NCBI RefSeq assembly: GCF_963921235.1 | Contig: NC_086097.1 | Coordinates: 20,338,001 to 20,402,000 of the forward strand | Reading direction: 5' to 3' | Origin: Mobula hypostoma | Lineage: Eukaryota | DNA: 64,000 bases | Part shown: positions 52,558-64,000 of the stretch, piece after piece | Layout: every line of letters begins with the position of its first letter | Position numbering within the stretch: the stretch's first letter is position 1 | The notes under the pieces: model-generated | The model's input: only the letters and a program-made list of their open reading frames with translations | Told to the model about the DNA's origin: nothing | Database searches by the model: none | Position numbers and translations under genes: made by a program

Positions 52558-52686
52558 TTACGCAAACAAGTCTTACTAACTCTTCCTTCAGTTAGTCCTG
52601 ACGAAGGGTCTCGGCCTGAAATGTCGACTGTACCTCTTCCTAGAGATGCTGCCTGGCCTGCTGCGTTCACCAGTAACTTTGTGTGT
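52558..52686 (+). mobile_element. Penelope-type repeat with hammerhead motif (copy C, core 52594-52629)
   Basis: AGTC-CTGACGA-A-GGGTCTCGGCCT-GAAATGTC-GACT; perfect 12-bp TSD AGCCTGTGGTTA (52546-52557 / 52687-52698). Confidence 0.75.
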
Positions 52687-55600
52687 AGCCTGTGGTTAGG
52701 TTGATTGGGGTACAAGAATAGTCGTTGGGTTAGGATCTAAATTGTTACTTGTTTAGCTTTCTATGTTTGTGTAATCACCTGTTTGTCTATAAATATTCAG
52801 TAGGAAAGAATCAGGTTTATTATCAGTGGCATGTGACGTGAATTTTGTTAAGTTAGCAGCAGCAGCAATACATAATCTAGCAGAGAGAAAAAAAAATAAA
52901 TCAATTACGGTATATGTATATTGAATAGATTTTTTAAAAAACATGCAAAAACAGGAATACTGTATATATTTTTTTAAAAGTGAGGTAGTGTCCAATGATT
53001 CATTGTCCATTTAGAAACAGGTGTCTGGAGAGAATGTCACAGGATAACTGTGCATAGTCCACACACATGGCACCCAAGGTCAGGATTGAACTGAGAGCTG
53101 GATCTGTGCTGTTGCAGCATTAATGCTAATCCTGAACTGCAAATACTTACATGTAGTCACCCTGAACATATCTCGCAGTAAGGAGGCTCGGTATATATTT
53201 TTTAATAGTCATCCTGGATTCTGGGATTGAAAGGCTTGTCATATGAGGCACATTCGATGGCTCTGGAATTCAGAAGAATTCTCATTGAAACTTTTTGAAT
53301 GTGAATGTGCGGAGGATGTTCCCAATGTTGGGGGAGTCTAAAACCAGATGACACAGCCTCAGAATAGAAGGAAGTCCATTTTAGAATGGAGATGAGGAAT
53401 TTCATTAGTCAGAGAGTGGTGAATCTGTGGAATTCGTATGCATGGTCAGCCGTGGAAGCCAAGTCTTTAGGGATACTTAAGGCAGTGGTTGACAGATTTT
53501 GATTGGTCAGGCCATGAAGAAATATGAGGAGAAGGCAGAATATTGGGGATGAGAGGGAAATAGATCAGCCATAGTGAAATGGCAGAGCAGACTTGATGGG
53601 CCAAATGGCCTAATTCTGCTCCTATACCTTCTGACCTTATGGCCTTAGTTAGATCCCAGTCTGAGGACCTTCTGATTCCCAAACTTGATGCAGCCATTTG
53701 GGTCCTATCTGTCTCATTTTGAATAGCCAAGCTGAAGTACAGCACAGAAACGTGTCCTCAGTGGATAGCTGAACAGGGCTATAATCTACGGATGCCCTGT
53801 TTGTGCTGTCCGTCAAGTACCAACCTATCCTCATCCCATTTACCAGTATTGGCTCCTTGGTGGATCAAGTGCTTGTCCGGACACTGCAAAGTTTTGAGAG
53901 TCCGATTCAGATTTATTTGTCACAAGTATGTTGAAACTTACAGTGGAATATATCACTTAGTGCTGTAATGTATGGTGACAGTTGCAGGCTGCCCTAGCGC
54001 AACCTAGAGACGTGCTGGGGTCAGACTGCAAATATCGCCACTCATTCTGGCACCAACATAGCATGTCTTAAGGTTGTCATAACCGGGGTAGCTATTGGGG
54101 ACAAGCTCCCTCTACCCATTAAATGCTCCCAATCCTGTACGTCTCAAATAGCCTCTGACAACCAAGTCCGGCTCCTGGCCTTCGCGTGTGGCTTAGTTAG
54201 TTAGCCAGGCGGAGCAGTTTCTACTGACGGGAAGGGGCAAGGGTGGGTTACTGGCACCTTAAAACCAGTTGCTTCAGGCAGATGGGGCATGTCAGCTGTG
54301 GTTGGCATCTCATCTGGAGGAAGGAAAACTCTGATCTCAAACTTGGCACTGCTTTGCAGCTGCACCCACTCATGGGGAAGGCTTCCGGAATAAACCCTGA
54401 GGGAAAACTCCAGAGCTGGAGTCCCTGAGGCAGTCCTACATTGAGTTCAAAGCTGACAGGCAGCTCCTGCGATGCTGCTGGTACCAAACTGTATTGGTCT
54501 CTGTTGTTCCTTTGGGTTGATCAGCAGCAAGGTGGGGGGGGGGGGGAGTTTGCTACATGGGCAACAGCTAGCTCTCCATATCGTACCTCCCTAGCTTGTA
54601 AACAGCTGGGACAGACTATCCTTGGTCAACCCGGACCAACGTAGGCCTCAGCATACCGACGGTGTGACACAGAACAACACCGGCAACAACAAAGTAAGTC
54701 CCTCACACACAGACAGACCTTCAGCCCCCGGGCATGCCACCGCCCCTCTATTTCTGCCACCCTGTTGGACAGCGTTTTGTAAACTCCAAACACCCTCTGG
54801 GTGGAAAATACTTCCTCATATTTTTGCACGCTGCTCTCAGGAGCTTTTCTGCCCCAGGGGAAGCAAAGCCAGTCTAACAGTGACGCTCCATCCCAGGGAA
54901 CAGCTGGAATGTAGTGGCGTGCGTTCTTCACAGTAAAGTAAGATGAAGATTAGCATTGCGATTTTGTGTGTGTGTTACTCTGGATTTCCAGCCATTTGCA
55001 GAATCTCCTGCATTTAGATTAGTTTTAATTGTCACATGCACATCGAAACATACGGCGAAATATGTCATTTTGCATCAATGACCAACACAGACTGAAGATG
55101 TGCCGGGGTGGAGCCCGTAAGTGTCGCCAGGCTCCTGGTGCCAACGTGGCATACTTGCAATTTATGTATCCTGACTTGCACATCTTTCGAACGTGGGAGG
55201 AAGCTGGCCCGGGAGAATACACAAACTTCTTATGGACTAGTGGCCGGAATTGGATCTCGATTGCTGGAGCTGCAGAGCATTAACGCTAACCCTTGCGCAA
55301 CTGTGCCGGCTAGAATTCCTTTTGGAGCTGCACGGAGGCTAGCCACTTCCCTGCGCCATCCTGGAACAAGGTATCGAAGACCACAAGGGAGTGAACTCTG
55401 CAGGGAAGTAAATGAAGTGAACACAAGAGGCTTAAATGTTAGTCATAACTACGGGCTTTCAGCGAAGTCTTAAAAGAAGCAGCGGATCTAATTGCTTGGG
55501 ATGGCCAGCAATAATGAGGTGCTCTCTCTCTACACCTTTAAAACTGGTTTTCTCACACTCTTCCCAGTTCTGATGAAAAAACCCTGACCTGAAACAATGA

Positions 55601-57257
55601 CTTTCTTTTCCTCCCCCATGGATGCGACCCAATTTGCTAAGTTGTTTTCTGTTCAGTTTCGGATTAAAATTAGGAATAAGCATGGTTTTTTTTTCTTCCT
55701 CTGTTAAAGTGGCTGCACATTTGGATGCAGTACCCTCTCGGGGGCCACTCGAAGGTTTTTATTCCTTTGTTAAATGTGTTTTTTGTGATCACAAGACAAT
55801 ACTGGACTTCGGGTATAGTAGGTCTGCCGTATCAGTGAGCTGCCCGTTGGTCAGAGTAACCAGCTGGTGTGTCAGAGGAGGAGCTGGCCGGCAGGTTGGA
55901 AGAGCTGACGTGGGTGCGGACCGTGTTGGTGCCGGCTACTCGAAGGCATCAGAGTCGGTGTGCGACGGCAGCCTGCAGTATAACCATGGGTGATTGTCTT
56001 GGACATTTTTCTGTTGTAGTGAGGACTAGACCTCAAGCCACGTGTTTGCCTGGGGCTGCAGTTGAGGTGAGGAGACACCAAAGGAGGTGCAGCATGGCAT
56101 CCGTGCTCAGTTGGGGGCTGCCCTCTCCCGTGGGTACTGCCCTCCAGTGTTCGATGGTGGAATGACCATACATTGCCAGGAACTGTACCATCAATTTGTG
56201 GGAACATATCACTCAGGGTCTTGGACTAGATATGTGTTTTTTTTGCATAACTTTTTTTTCTTGTTATTTTGAATGTTCTGTGTATGTTCTGCACCTTGGC
56301 CCTGGAGGAACACTATTTTGTTCAGCTGTATCCATGTATAGTTGAATGATAAGTAAACTTGATTTGATTTGATGGAAAGTATCCTAACTGGTTGCACCAT
56401 GACCTGGTATGGAAACGTCGATGCCTAGTTTTGGAAAAGTCTACCAAGAATGATAGATACAGCCCAATTCATCGCTGACAAAGCCCTCCCCACCATTGAG
56501 CACATTTACATGGAGCTCTGCCACAAGAAAGCAGCATCCATCATCAAAGACCCCACCATCCAGGCCATGCTGTCTTCTCACTGCTACCGTCAGGAAGAAG
56601 GAGCTTTAGGTACCACACCACCAGGTTCAGGAACAGTTATTACCCCTCAACCATCAGGCTCCTGAACCAGTGTTGATAACTTCACTCACCTCAACACTGA
56701 ACTGATTCCATAAACTATGGACTTACTTTCAAGAACCCTCCAGCTCAAGGTCTCATGATTATTTATTTGCAGGTTTTGTTTGTCAGTCTTTTGATGGATA
56801 GTTTTTTTTTGTAAATGCTAGTATATTTCTGTATTCTCCTGTAAATGCCTGCATGAAAATAATGTATGTGATTAAATATGCACACTTTGATAAGAAATTT
56901 ACTTTGACTTTGAAACCGCCTCCCTTTTCCGTACATCCTCTGCGGCAAAATTGTGTTCCGTCTCTCGCGATGCCTCAGTCGGCGATACCCAGCCTGAAAT
57001 CGGTCATCCACGGGGCCGCACCCCGGAGGAACCTGGAGAATGTTGGAAAATGGTCAGCCCACGAGCTCCAGGAACAGGAACTCCTCTGCTGTTTTTTTTT
57101 AAAAAGTGCAGTTTGAGTGCCACTTGCAGATCAGGACCTCGATCGAACCCCCAACTACCTTGAAAAGGGAAACAGGGACATTAAGGAGAAGAATTAAGGC
57201 TATTTTTCGCAGATGAGCTCAAAGAGGCAACCACTTGTCACCATCTTAACTCTGTCC

Positions 57258-57532
57258 ACTGAGAACTTTAACCTCTCGCTTCGACAGTCTGAGGTACCTT
57301 GCTGCTTCAAGCAAGCTTCAGTTATACTAGTGCCTAAGAAAAATATGGTAACCTGCCTCACTGACAATCATCCAGAAGCACTTACATCCACAGTGACGAA
57401 GTGCTTTGAGAGGTTGGTGATGAAACACATCAACTCCTGCCTGAGAAGTGACTTGGGTCCACTCCAATTTGCCTACCGGCACAACAGGTCCACAACAGAT
57501 GCCATTTCTTTGGCTTTTCAATCAAACCTGGA
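57258..57532 (+). mobile_element. Rex1/Babar-like RT N-terminal fragment
   Basis: ORF 57213..57563 VPCCFKQASVILVPKK...ALTSTVTKCFERLV...LQFAYRHNRSTTDAI. Confidence 0.85.
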
Positions 57533-58214
57533 AAGATGCATACGTCACGGTGATAAAGTTTAAGGGGAAGGGGGATTCTCAAGATCCCTGTGAACAATGG
57601 ATTCAGTACTGACAATGTCTGTGACTGCAGTGTGTTTGAATAATGTCTCACAGCTGCCTTCTTTGGAGCAAGATGATTAAAGTTTGCCCAGATCCACATC
57701 AGATGTCTCTGAGCTTTTCACACCTTTTGATTTTGACAAAAAGCAGAACCTGATGGAAATTAGACAGAACATTCCTTCCTTAATTAAAGCATAAATTTGT
57801 CGGATGTTCTTGTCTTTGTAATTAAGTTGTGGCTCCAGGAAACCAGGTAGGACATTCTTTTCTTTAATTAAGGTGGCTGGAGTGTCTTTAACAAGTTGAT
57901 TGTACTTTTATACCAATAGTCCATTGACTTGGCTTGAATAGTTATCAAACTGATTGTTGTCTGTATCAATAGTCCATTGACTTGACCGAAATAGTTATCA
58001 AACTGATTGTTCTTTTGTATCGGTGGCTTTATACCTTCTGACAATTCTGACATTGGGCAGTGAATTTGTAGAACCGCCGGGGAGATGAGAAAGGTTCTTT
58101 CCCTGATGTTGGGTCCAAGTTCACTCACCGGCTGAGCTTGAAGAAATAAATGGGTGGAAAGATAGATAATGATCTTTTTGTGCTGTCGTTATTTGATCTA
58201 GCAAAGCTACGTTT

Positions 58215-60465
58215 ACATTGATGCTCATTATCGTCTATAGTTCAGCAGTCAATACTAACATCACCTCAAAATTAATCAATAAGCTTCAAGTCCTTTGCCT
58301 CAATATCTCCTTGTGCAATACGATCCTCTTATTTCCCCAGTCAGTTCATCTTGGCAACAACATTTCCTCCACAATCTCCAACAGCACAGGTGCACCATGA
58401 GACTGTGTGGGTAACCCCCTGCTCTACACTTATGACTGTGAGGCTAAGCACAGCTCCAGTGCCACATTTAAGTTTCCTGATGATGCCACTGTCGTGGGCG
58501 GAATGAACATATACTGAAGGAGATTGAAAATTTGGCTGAGTGCTGTTACAACAGAAACCTCTTGCTCAATGTCGTCAAGACCAAGACCAAGGAGCTGATT
58601 GTTGACCTCAGGAGGATGAATCCGAGGTCCATGAGCCGGTCCTCATCAAGGGATCAGCGGTGGAAAGAGTCAGCAACTTTAACTTAGTGTTATCATTTCT
58701 GTGAATCTGTCCTGGGCCCAGCGCGTAAGTGCAATTGCACGAAAGCACGGCAGCACCTCTACTTCCTTAGAGGCTTGTGAAGATTTGGCATGACATCTAA
58801 ACTTCGACAAACTTTTGTGGATTTGTGGTGGAGAGTATATTGACTGGCTGCACCGCAGCTTGGTATGAACACACCCATTCCCTTGAATGAGAAATCCTAC
58901 AGCCCAGTCAGTCACAGATAAAATCCTCCCCACCGCTGAGCACAGCTAGATGAAACAGCGCAGGAAAGCAGCATCTGTCATCAGAGATCAGCACCACCCA
59001 GGTCATACTGTCCTCTCACTGCTGTCATCAGAAAGGAGGTACAGGAGCCTCGGGGCTCACAACACCAGGTTCAGGAACAATAACCAGAATCAGGTTTAAT
59101 ATCACCAGCATGTGTCGTGACATTTGTTAACTTAGCAGCAGCAGTACAATGCAATATATATATAAAAAAAAGTAAATCAATTGAAGTATATATGTATATT
59201 GAATAGATTAAAAATAGTATATAAAAAAACAAATAATATATATTCTTAAAAAAAAAGAGTCAGGTAATGTTCATGGGTTCATTGTCCATTTAAAAATCAC
59301 ATGGCAGAGGGGAAAAAGCTGTTCCCGAATTGTTGAGTGTGTGTCTTCAGGCTTCTGTACCTCTTTCCTGATGGTAACAATGACAAGAGGACATATCCAG
59401 GGTGTGATGGACATCGCCTTTCTGAGGCACCGCTCCTTGAAGATGTCTTAGATGCTATGGAGGCTGGTACCCAAGATGGAGCTGACTAATTTTACAACTT
59501 CCTGTAGCTTCTTATGGTCCTGTGCAGTAGCCCCCTGAGGAATTGGGGATATAAAAATTATTTTGAACCTATGTAACCTCTGGCTAAAAGAATAATTGGG
59601 ACTGGATAGGAATTTTTGAACTAAAGTAAACTCTGCCTTACCAGCTTACAGAGAGACATTGAGAGATTGCTAACATTGTATTCTCGTTTGACTAAGGGGA
59701 GGAGAGCTCATCAATAAGGGCAGGAATGAACATCCATCTGTAATTAAATTGAAGCCTCGCAAAGGGAATCGCTGATGAGGAATGGACAGCACATCTGTCT
59801 GTAATTAAGCCTTGATCTAGCAGACTCTCTTATCTGTAACTAAGTTTTGGACAAATAGACTTGATTGGGCATATCAGTTCAAAATACATCCTGCAACAGT
59901 AATGTATGGGGCTTACTATGTATAAATATACGGCTGTAACCTGAGGGAGAAGGTCCCCTTGTCGGATGGTGGCAGTATTTACGTGCCTTCCCTTTGACTA
60001 TTGGGTCTCAAACCTGCAGGAGGGTGCGCAATGAACTGTGGTAACTATAAAAAGCTGGTCTCCTGCATTTTATTCAGATTTGACTTCAACACCCACTCTT
60101 CCCCCCCCTCCCCCCACACCAGACAATTATTATCCCTCAACCATCAGGCTCTTGATCCAGAAGGGATAACTTCACTTGCCACATCACTGAACTGTTCCCA
60201 CAACTGATGAACCTCTTCCTCTCATGTTCTTGATATTTATTGTTTGTTTATATATTTATTATTTTTTTTTCTTTCTGCATTTGCCTAGTTTGCTGTCTCT
60301 TGCACACCGGTTTTGCACAATGACTATGCCCTGTTGGGTGCAGTCTTTCATCGATTCTGTTATGATTATTGGGTTTATTGAGTATGCCCGCAAGAAAATG
60401 AATCTCAGGGTTGTATATAGTGACATTTATGTATGTACTTTGATAATAATATTGCTTTGAACTTT
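58215..60465 (+). mobile_element. Rex1/Babar-like RT C-terminal half with nested minus-strand Rex1 3' end and solo LTR
   Basis: GCACCATGAGACTGTGTG (decayed GAPQGCV) and KF.DD motifs. The sequence resumes at ~60124 after the nested inserts (GGAACAAT.. / GACAATTATT). Confidence 0.7.
59536..60091 (+). mobile_element. Solo LTR, family 1 (second copy)
   Basis: TG...CA; reverse-complement homolog of 17353-17957; TATAAATA at ~59921; imperfect C-rich TSD. Confidence 0.8.
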
Positions 60466-62359
60466 GCATGATGAATAGAGTGCTAGTGTTAGTGAAGAAA
60501 CTCTGATGCAGTGGTTTGTTGAGGCATGGAATCAAGCTTCTGTCAGAAATGGCTAGAATGTTAAATCCATTTTGGCTTGTAAAAGGGACGTGGATACTTA
60601 TTTAAAAAAATAATGTAGATTGGAGAGGCAGGAGGTTGGGATAAAGGGGGTAGTTTGGTGAGCTGGAGATTCAGTGACCCTCAGAGCTGTACAATTGTAC
60701 AATTTTCATTACCTGTGTTAACCCAGGTATATTTACAGGAGTCTGAGTGGTGTTGGCTGGTGGGTTTCCATCCTTGCATGCATCATCTGGAGTTCATTCC
60801 TGACTACTCCCCCTCCCCAGTGCTGTACACAATCTCTTCCTCTCGATCTGTTCGTTTCTTCATGCATCCCAAAGACAGGTGGGCCACTAAATTGACCCAT
60901 GAGTGGCAGAATTTTTGGGGAAAGTTGATGGGAATATGGGCAAACAAATGGAATTGATGTAAATGGTATGGCATTTTTAAAGTTTAAAGCAAATTTATTA
61001 TCAGAGTACATATATGTTACCATGTACCACCCTGAGATTCATTTTCTTGTGGGCATACTCAACAGATCTATAGAATAGTAACTATAACAGGATCAATGAA
61101 CAAGCACCCAACTGGGGCGTAAAACCAGAGTGCAAAAAACGACAAACTGCAAATACAAAAAGAAGAAGAAATGGTAATAAATAAATAAGTATCGAGAACA
61201 TGAGATGTAGAGTCCTTGAAAATGAGTTGATTGGTTGTGGGGACATTTCAGTGATGGGGCAAATGAGGTTCAGGAGCCTTTGGTTCAGGAGCCTGATAGT
61301 TGAGAAGTAATAACTGTTCCTGAAGCTGGAGGTGGGTGACTCCTGAGGCTCCTGTACCACCTTCCTGATGGCAACCATGAGAAGGGAGCAAGTTCTGGGT
61401 GGTGGGGGGACCCTGTTGATGGATGCTGCCTTCCTGCGACTTCTGCAGATGTGAGATGGAGAGTACATTAACTGGCTGCATCACGGCCTGGTACGGAAAC
61501 ACCAATGCCCTAGAACGGAAAAGTTGTGCAGAAGGTAGTGGATACAGTCTAATTCATCATGGATAAAGCCCACCCCAACCTCATTGAGCAGATCTACACA
61601 GTATTGTCAGAACCAACAAAAACGATGCTTCTTGTAAAGTGTGAATGTAATGTGGGGAGAATGGGTTCAACGTTTTCAGTGTCGGGGAACTATTTGACAT
61701 TCACAGTTCATGAATTGTGGGCCATGTGGGGGCAAATAGGGTAACGGGACCTGCTTACATGGGCACCCTGGCCAGTGTGGAGGAGTCGGTCGGTTTGAAG
61801 ATCCTCTTTCCAAGCTCTGTTACTCTATGCGGGTGCACAATGGTCACTGGAATTTTATGGGCAGCAGGGCTGTTTGTGTGCTGTGGGAGTATCTGTTGTA
61901 TCCATGCCAACATGGAAACCCCACGCTAGGTGAGGAAAGTCCGGTAAAGTTCTCTGCTTTGCATTTGGAAATACCTGGCAGCTTAGTCTGATATCAAGCA
62001 CAAATAGGAGCTTTCGGTGACACCTGTTTTGTATGTTCCCAGTTCCTCTGTCACGTAGGAGAGTTAGAAACAGCATTAGATTGACTGCTCTGCAGAGAAG
62101 ACAGCAGGCATGTCCCCTCTGTTTATTTCTTAGGCCACTGAGGGAAACTGGCTCATTCAGTAGTGGCAGGAGTACGTTGGCTGGCTTTGAGGTCAATAGG
62201 CCACTCGCATCCACCCCCAGTATCAGCCCATTTGTTATAGAGACATAGATCAAGGATAGTGCAAGGAAGCAGGCACTTCGGTCCAATTGGTCCATGCTAT
62301 CCAACGTTCCCATCTAAGCTAATCCATTTTGCCCATGCTTGGCCCATATCCCTTTAAAC

Positions 62360-62439
62360 CAGGGGTTCCCAACCTTTTTTATGCCACGAACCCCTGCCGT
62401 TAACCAAAGGGTCCGTGAATCCCAGACTGGGAACCCCTG
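62360..62439. mobile_element. 80-bp hAT (Charlie-like) MITE
   Basis: TIRs CAGGGGTTCCCA / TGGGAACCCCTG; 8-bp TSD CTTTAAAC / CTCTAAAC. Related copies or ends at 52204-52279, ~9760 and ~38930-38993. Confidence 0.85.
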
Positions 62440-63629
62440 CTCTAAACCTTTCCAATCCGTGCGTCTGTTAAATGCGGATGTATCTGCTTTATCTAGTTCC
62501 TCCGGCAGCAATTTCACGTACGGCTGCCCCTCCACGTGGGGGAGAAAGTCATTCCAACCCCTCAAAACGACATAGTGCACTTTATAAGCATTCTGACTGT
62601 TGCAAGCCGATTCAGTGCCAACAACTCTGAGAAATAACAACAGAAAGTTGCCCCTCAGATTCCTAATAAATCTCTCCCTAAACCTTTATCCCTTAGTACT
62701 TGATTTCCCCAGTCCTGTTAGCTGGACTTCCTCCGAGGACTGCTAAGATAGAGGGCTGTGAGACTAATGAATATCCTGCCACCACTGTGGTCTCAAAGCT
62801 AAGACAGCGAGCTGTTTACTTGTCCTGCACACTTCATGTACTTCTGAATTTTACATTACTATCCTATTTGTGATAATATTTTGTTTATGTGCTGTGTGTA
62901 ATATATGTATTATGTTTGGGCTGTGGTTTGGAGGGACATTGTTTAGTTTGGTTGTATACATGTACAATCAGATGTTTTGTTTAGTTGTATGTATGTACAT
63001 TGTTTTGTTTGGTTGTAAATATATACAGTCAGATGACAATAACCTTGAACTTGAAGATGAGTTGAAAAATAACTGCAGGTCCTGGAAACCCTCGGCAGGT
63101 CGAGAAGCAACAGTAGAATGAGATTTGGTTTCAGTCCTATTTTGGCTGCTGTCTGTGTGGAGATTGCACGTGCTGGTTGTGAGGACAATGGGCTGCTGTG
63201 GGTTGTCCCCTAGTGTGAAGGTGACGGGTACAATCTGTAGGGAGCTGATGGGAAGGTAGGGAGAGATTTAAAAAAAAGGATTAACCTGGATTATCAAGGA
63301 TCAACTTTATTCACCATATACATTTACATCAGTTGGGAATTTGCTGTGCTGTGTTGGTGTGACATGCATAAAAACAGTATTCAACAATTGTAATGCATGA
63401 GGATTTATAGAAAAAGAGTATATAGGTTAAAGTACAGACGTGGATATTACTGCAGGGTTTAATTGTAAATGGGAAGCTGATAGTTGGTGCAGATTCTGTG
63501 AACCAAAGAGCCAGTTTCCATGCCAAATGACTAACTTTTCTAAGAATGCTGCATCATCTGCCTAGTCGGTATGGCCTTTTCTGTTCTATTTCTCAGAGAT
63601 GTTAGATACAGAATGCCTTGATGAAAGCT

Positions 63630-63912
63630 GATACAGATGATGAGACTTAGGGATAGAATTAGGCCATTCGGTCCGTTGAGTCTCCTCTGCTATTTGATCA
63701 TGGCTAATTTGTTTTCCCTCAGAACCTCGTTCTCCTGCCGGCTCCCCATAACCTTTGATACTTTTACTAATTAAGTACTTATCAACCTCCGCTTTGAACA
63801 TACCCAGTGACTTTTCTTCCACAGCCGTCGGTGGCAATAAATTCCACAGATCCACCACCCCCTGTCTAAAGTGATTCCTCTTCATCTCTTTTCTCATAGG
63901 GTGTCCTTCTCT
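63630..63912 (-). mobile_element. CR1-like 3' end
   Basis: ORF 63586..63897 FRQGVVDLWNLLP..AVE.KSL..FKAEVDKYL. Other CR1 3' ends at ~590-770, 15990-16445, 52050-52510, 53210-53645. Confidence 0.8.
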
Positions 63913-64000
63913 GAGTCAGAAGGTCATGTGTTCAAGTCCCACTCCAGATATATAAACACACTCTTAGGCACGTAGATGAAAGGAAAGTGAAGGACTCTGC

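Noticed and set aside
17353..60091. Giant LTR element or composite transposon bounded by the two family-1 LTRs
   Set aside because: The LTRs are inverted, diverged and each has its own TSD; they are independent solo LTRs.
1..64000. CRISPR arrays, operons, rRNA genes or other prokaryotic systems
   Set aside because: No regularly spaced repeats or gene-dense coding; the sequence is vertebrate-type repeat-rich DNA.

Overview
Eukaryotic (vertebrate) genomic DNA. The repeat set (V-SINE/HE1-type SINEs, CR1/HER1-type LINEs, Rex1/Babar, L1, Penelope-type terminal repeats) points to a cartilaginous fish, probably a ray; this is inferred, not shown. No intact host protein-coding exon is recognisable, and almost all ORF-track entries are decayed transposon frames or noise. 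The main unique element is a CpG-rich promoter-like region (~1.9-5.2 kb) with TATA/CCAAT boxes and a probable non-coding first exon ending at a strong donor (TTTG|GTAAGT, 3797/3798). The rest looks like one long, repeat-filled intron. It holds two near-full-length decayed L1 elements (one with a 14-bp TSD), many CR1 and Rex1 fragments, an internally deleted R4/Dong(Rex6)-like element beside a (TG)n tract, solo LTRs of two families, hAT MITEs, SINEs and several nested insertions. The most interesting hidden structure is a dispersed short repeat (about a dozen copies) carrying a minimal type I hammerhead ribozyme motif (AGUC-CUGACGA-A-stem II-GAAACGUC-GACU). Some copies have TSDs and inverted arms, as expected for Penelope-like terminal repeats or retrozyme-like elements. 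That class is already known in general; the specific copies and their activity are untested. Repeat boundaries without TSDs are approximate.
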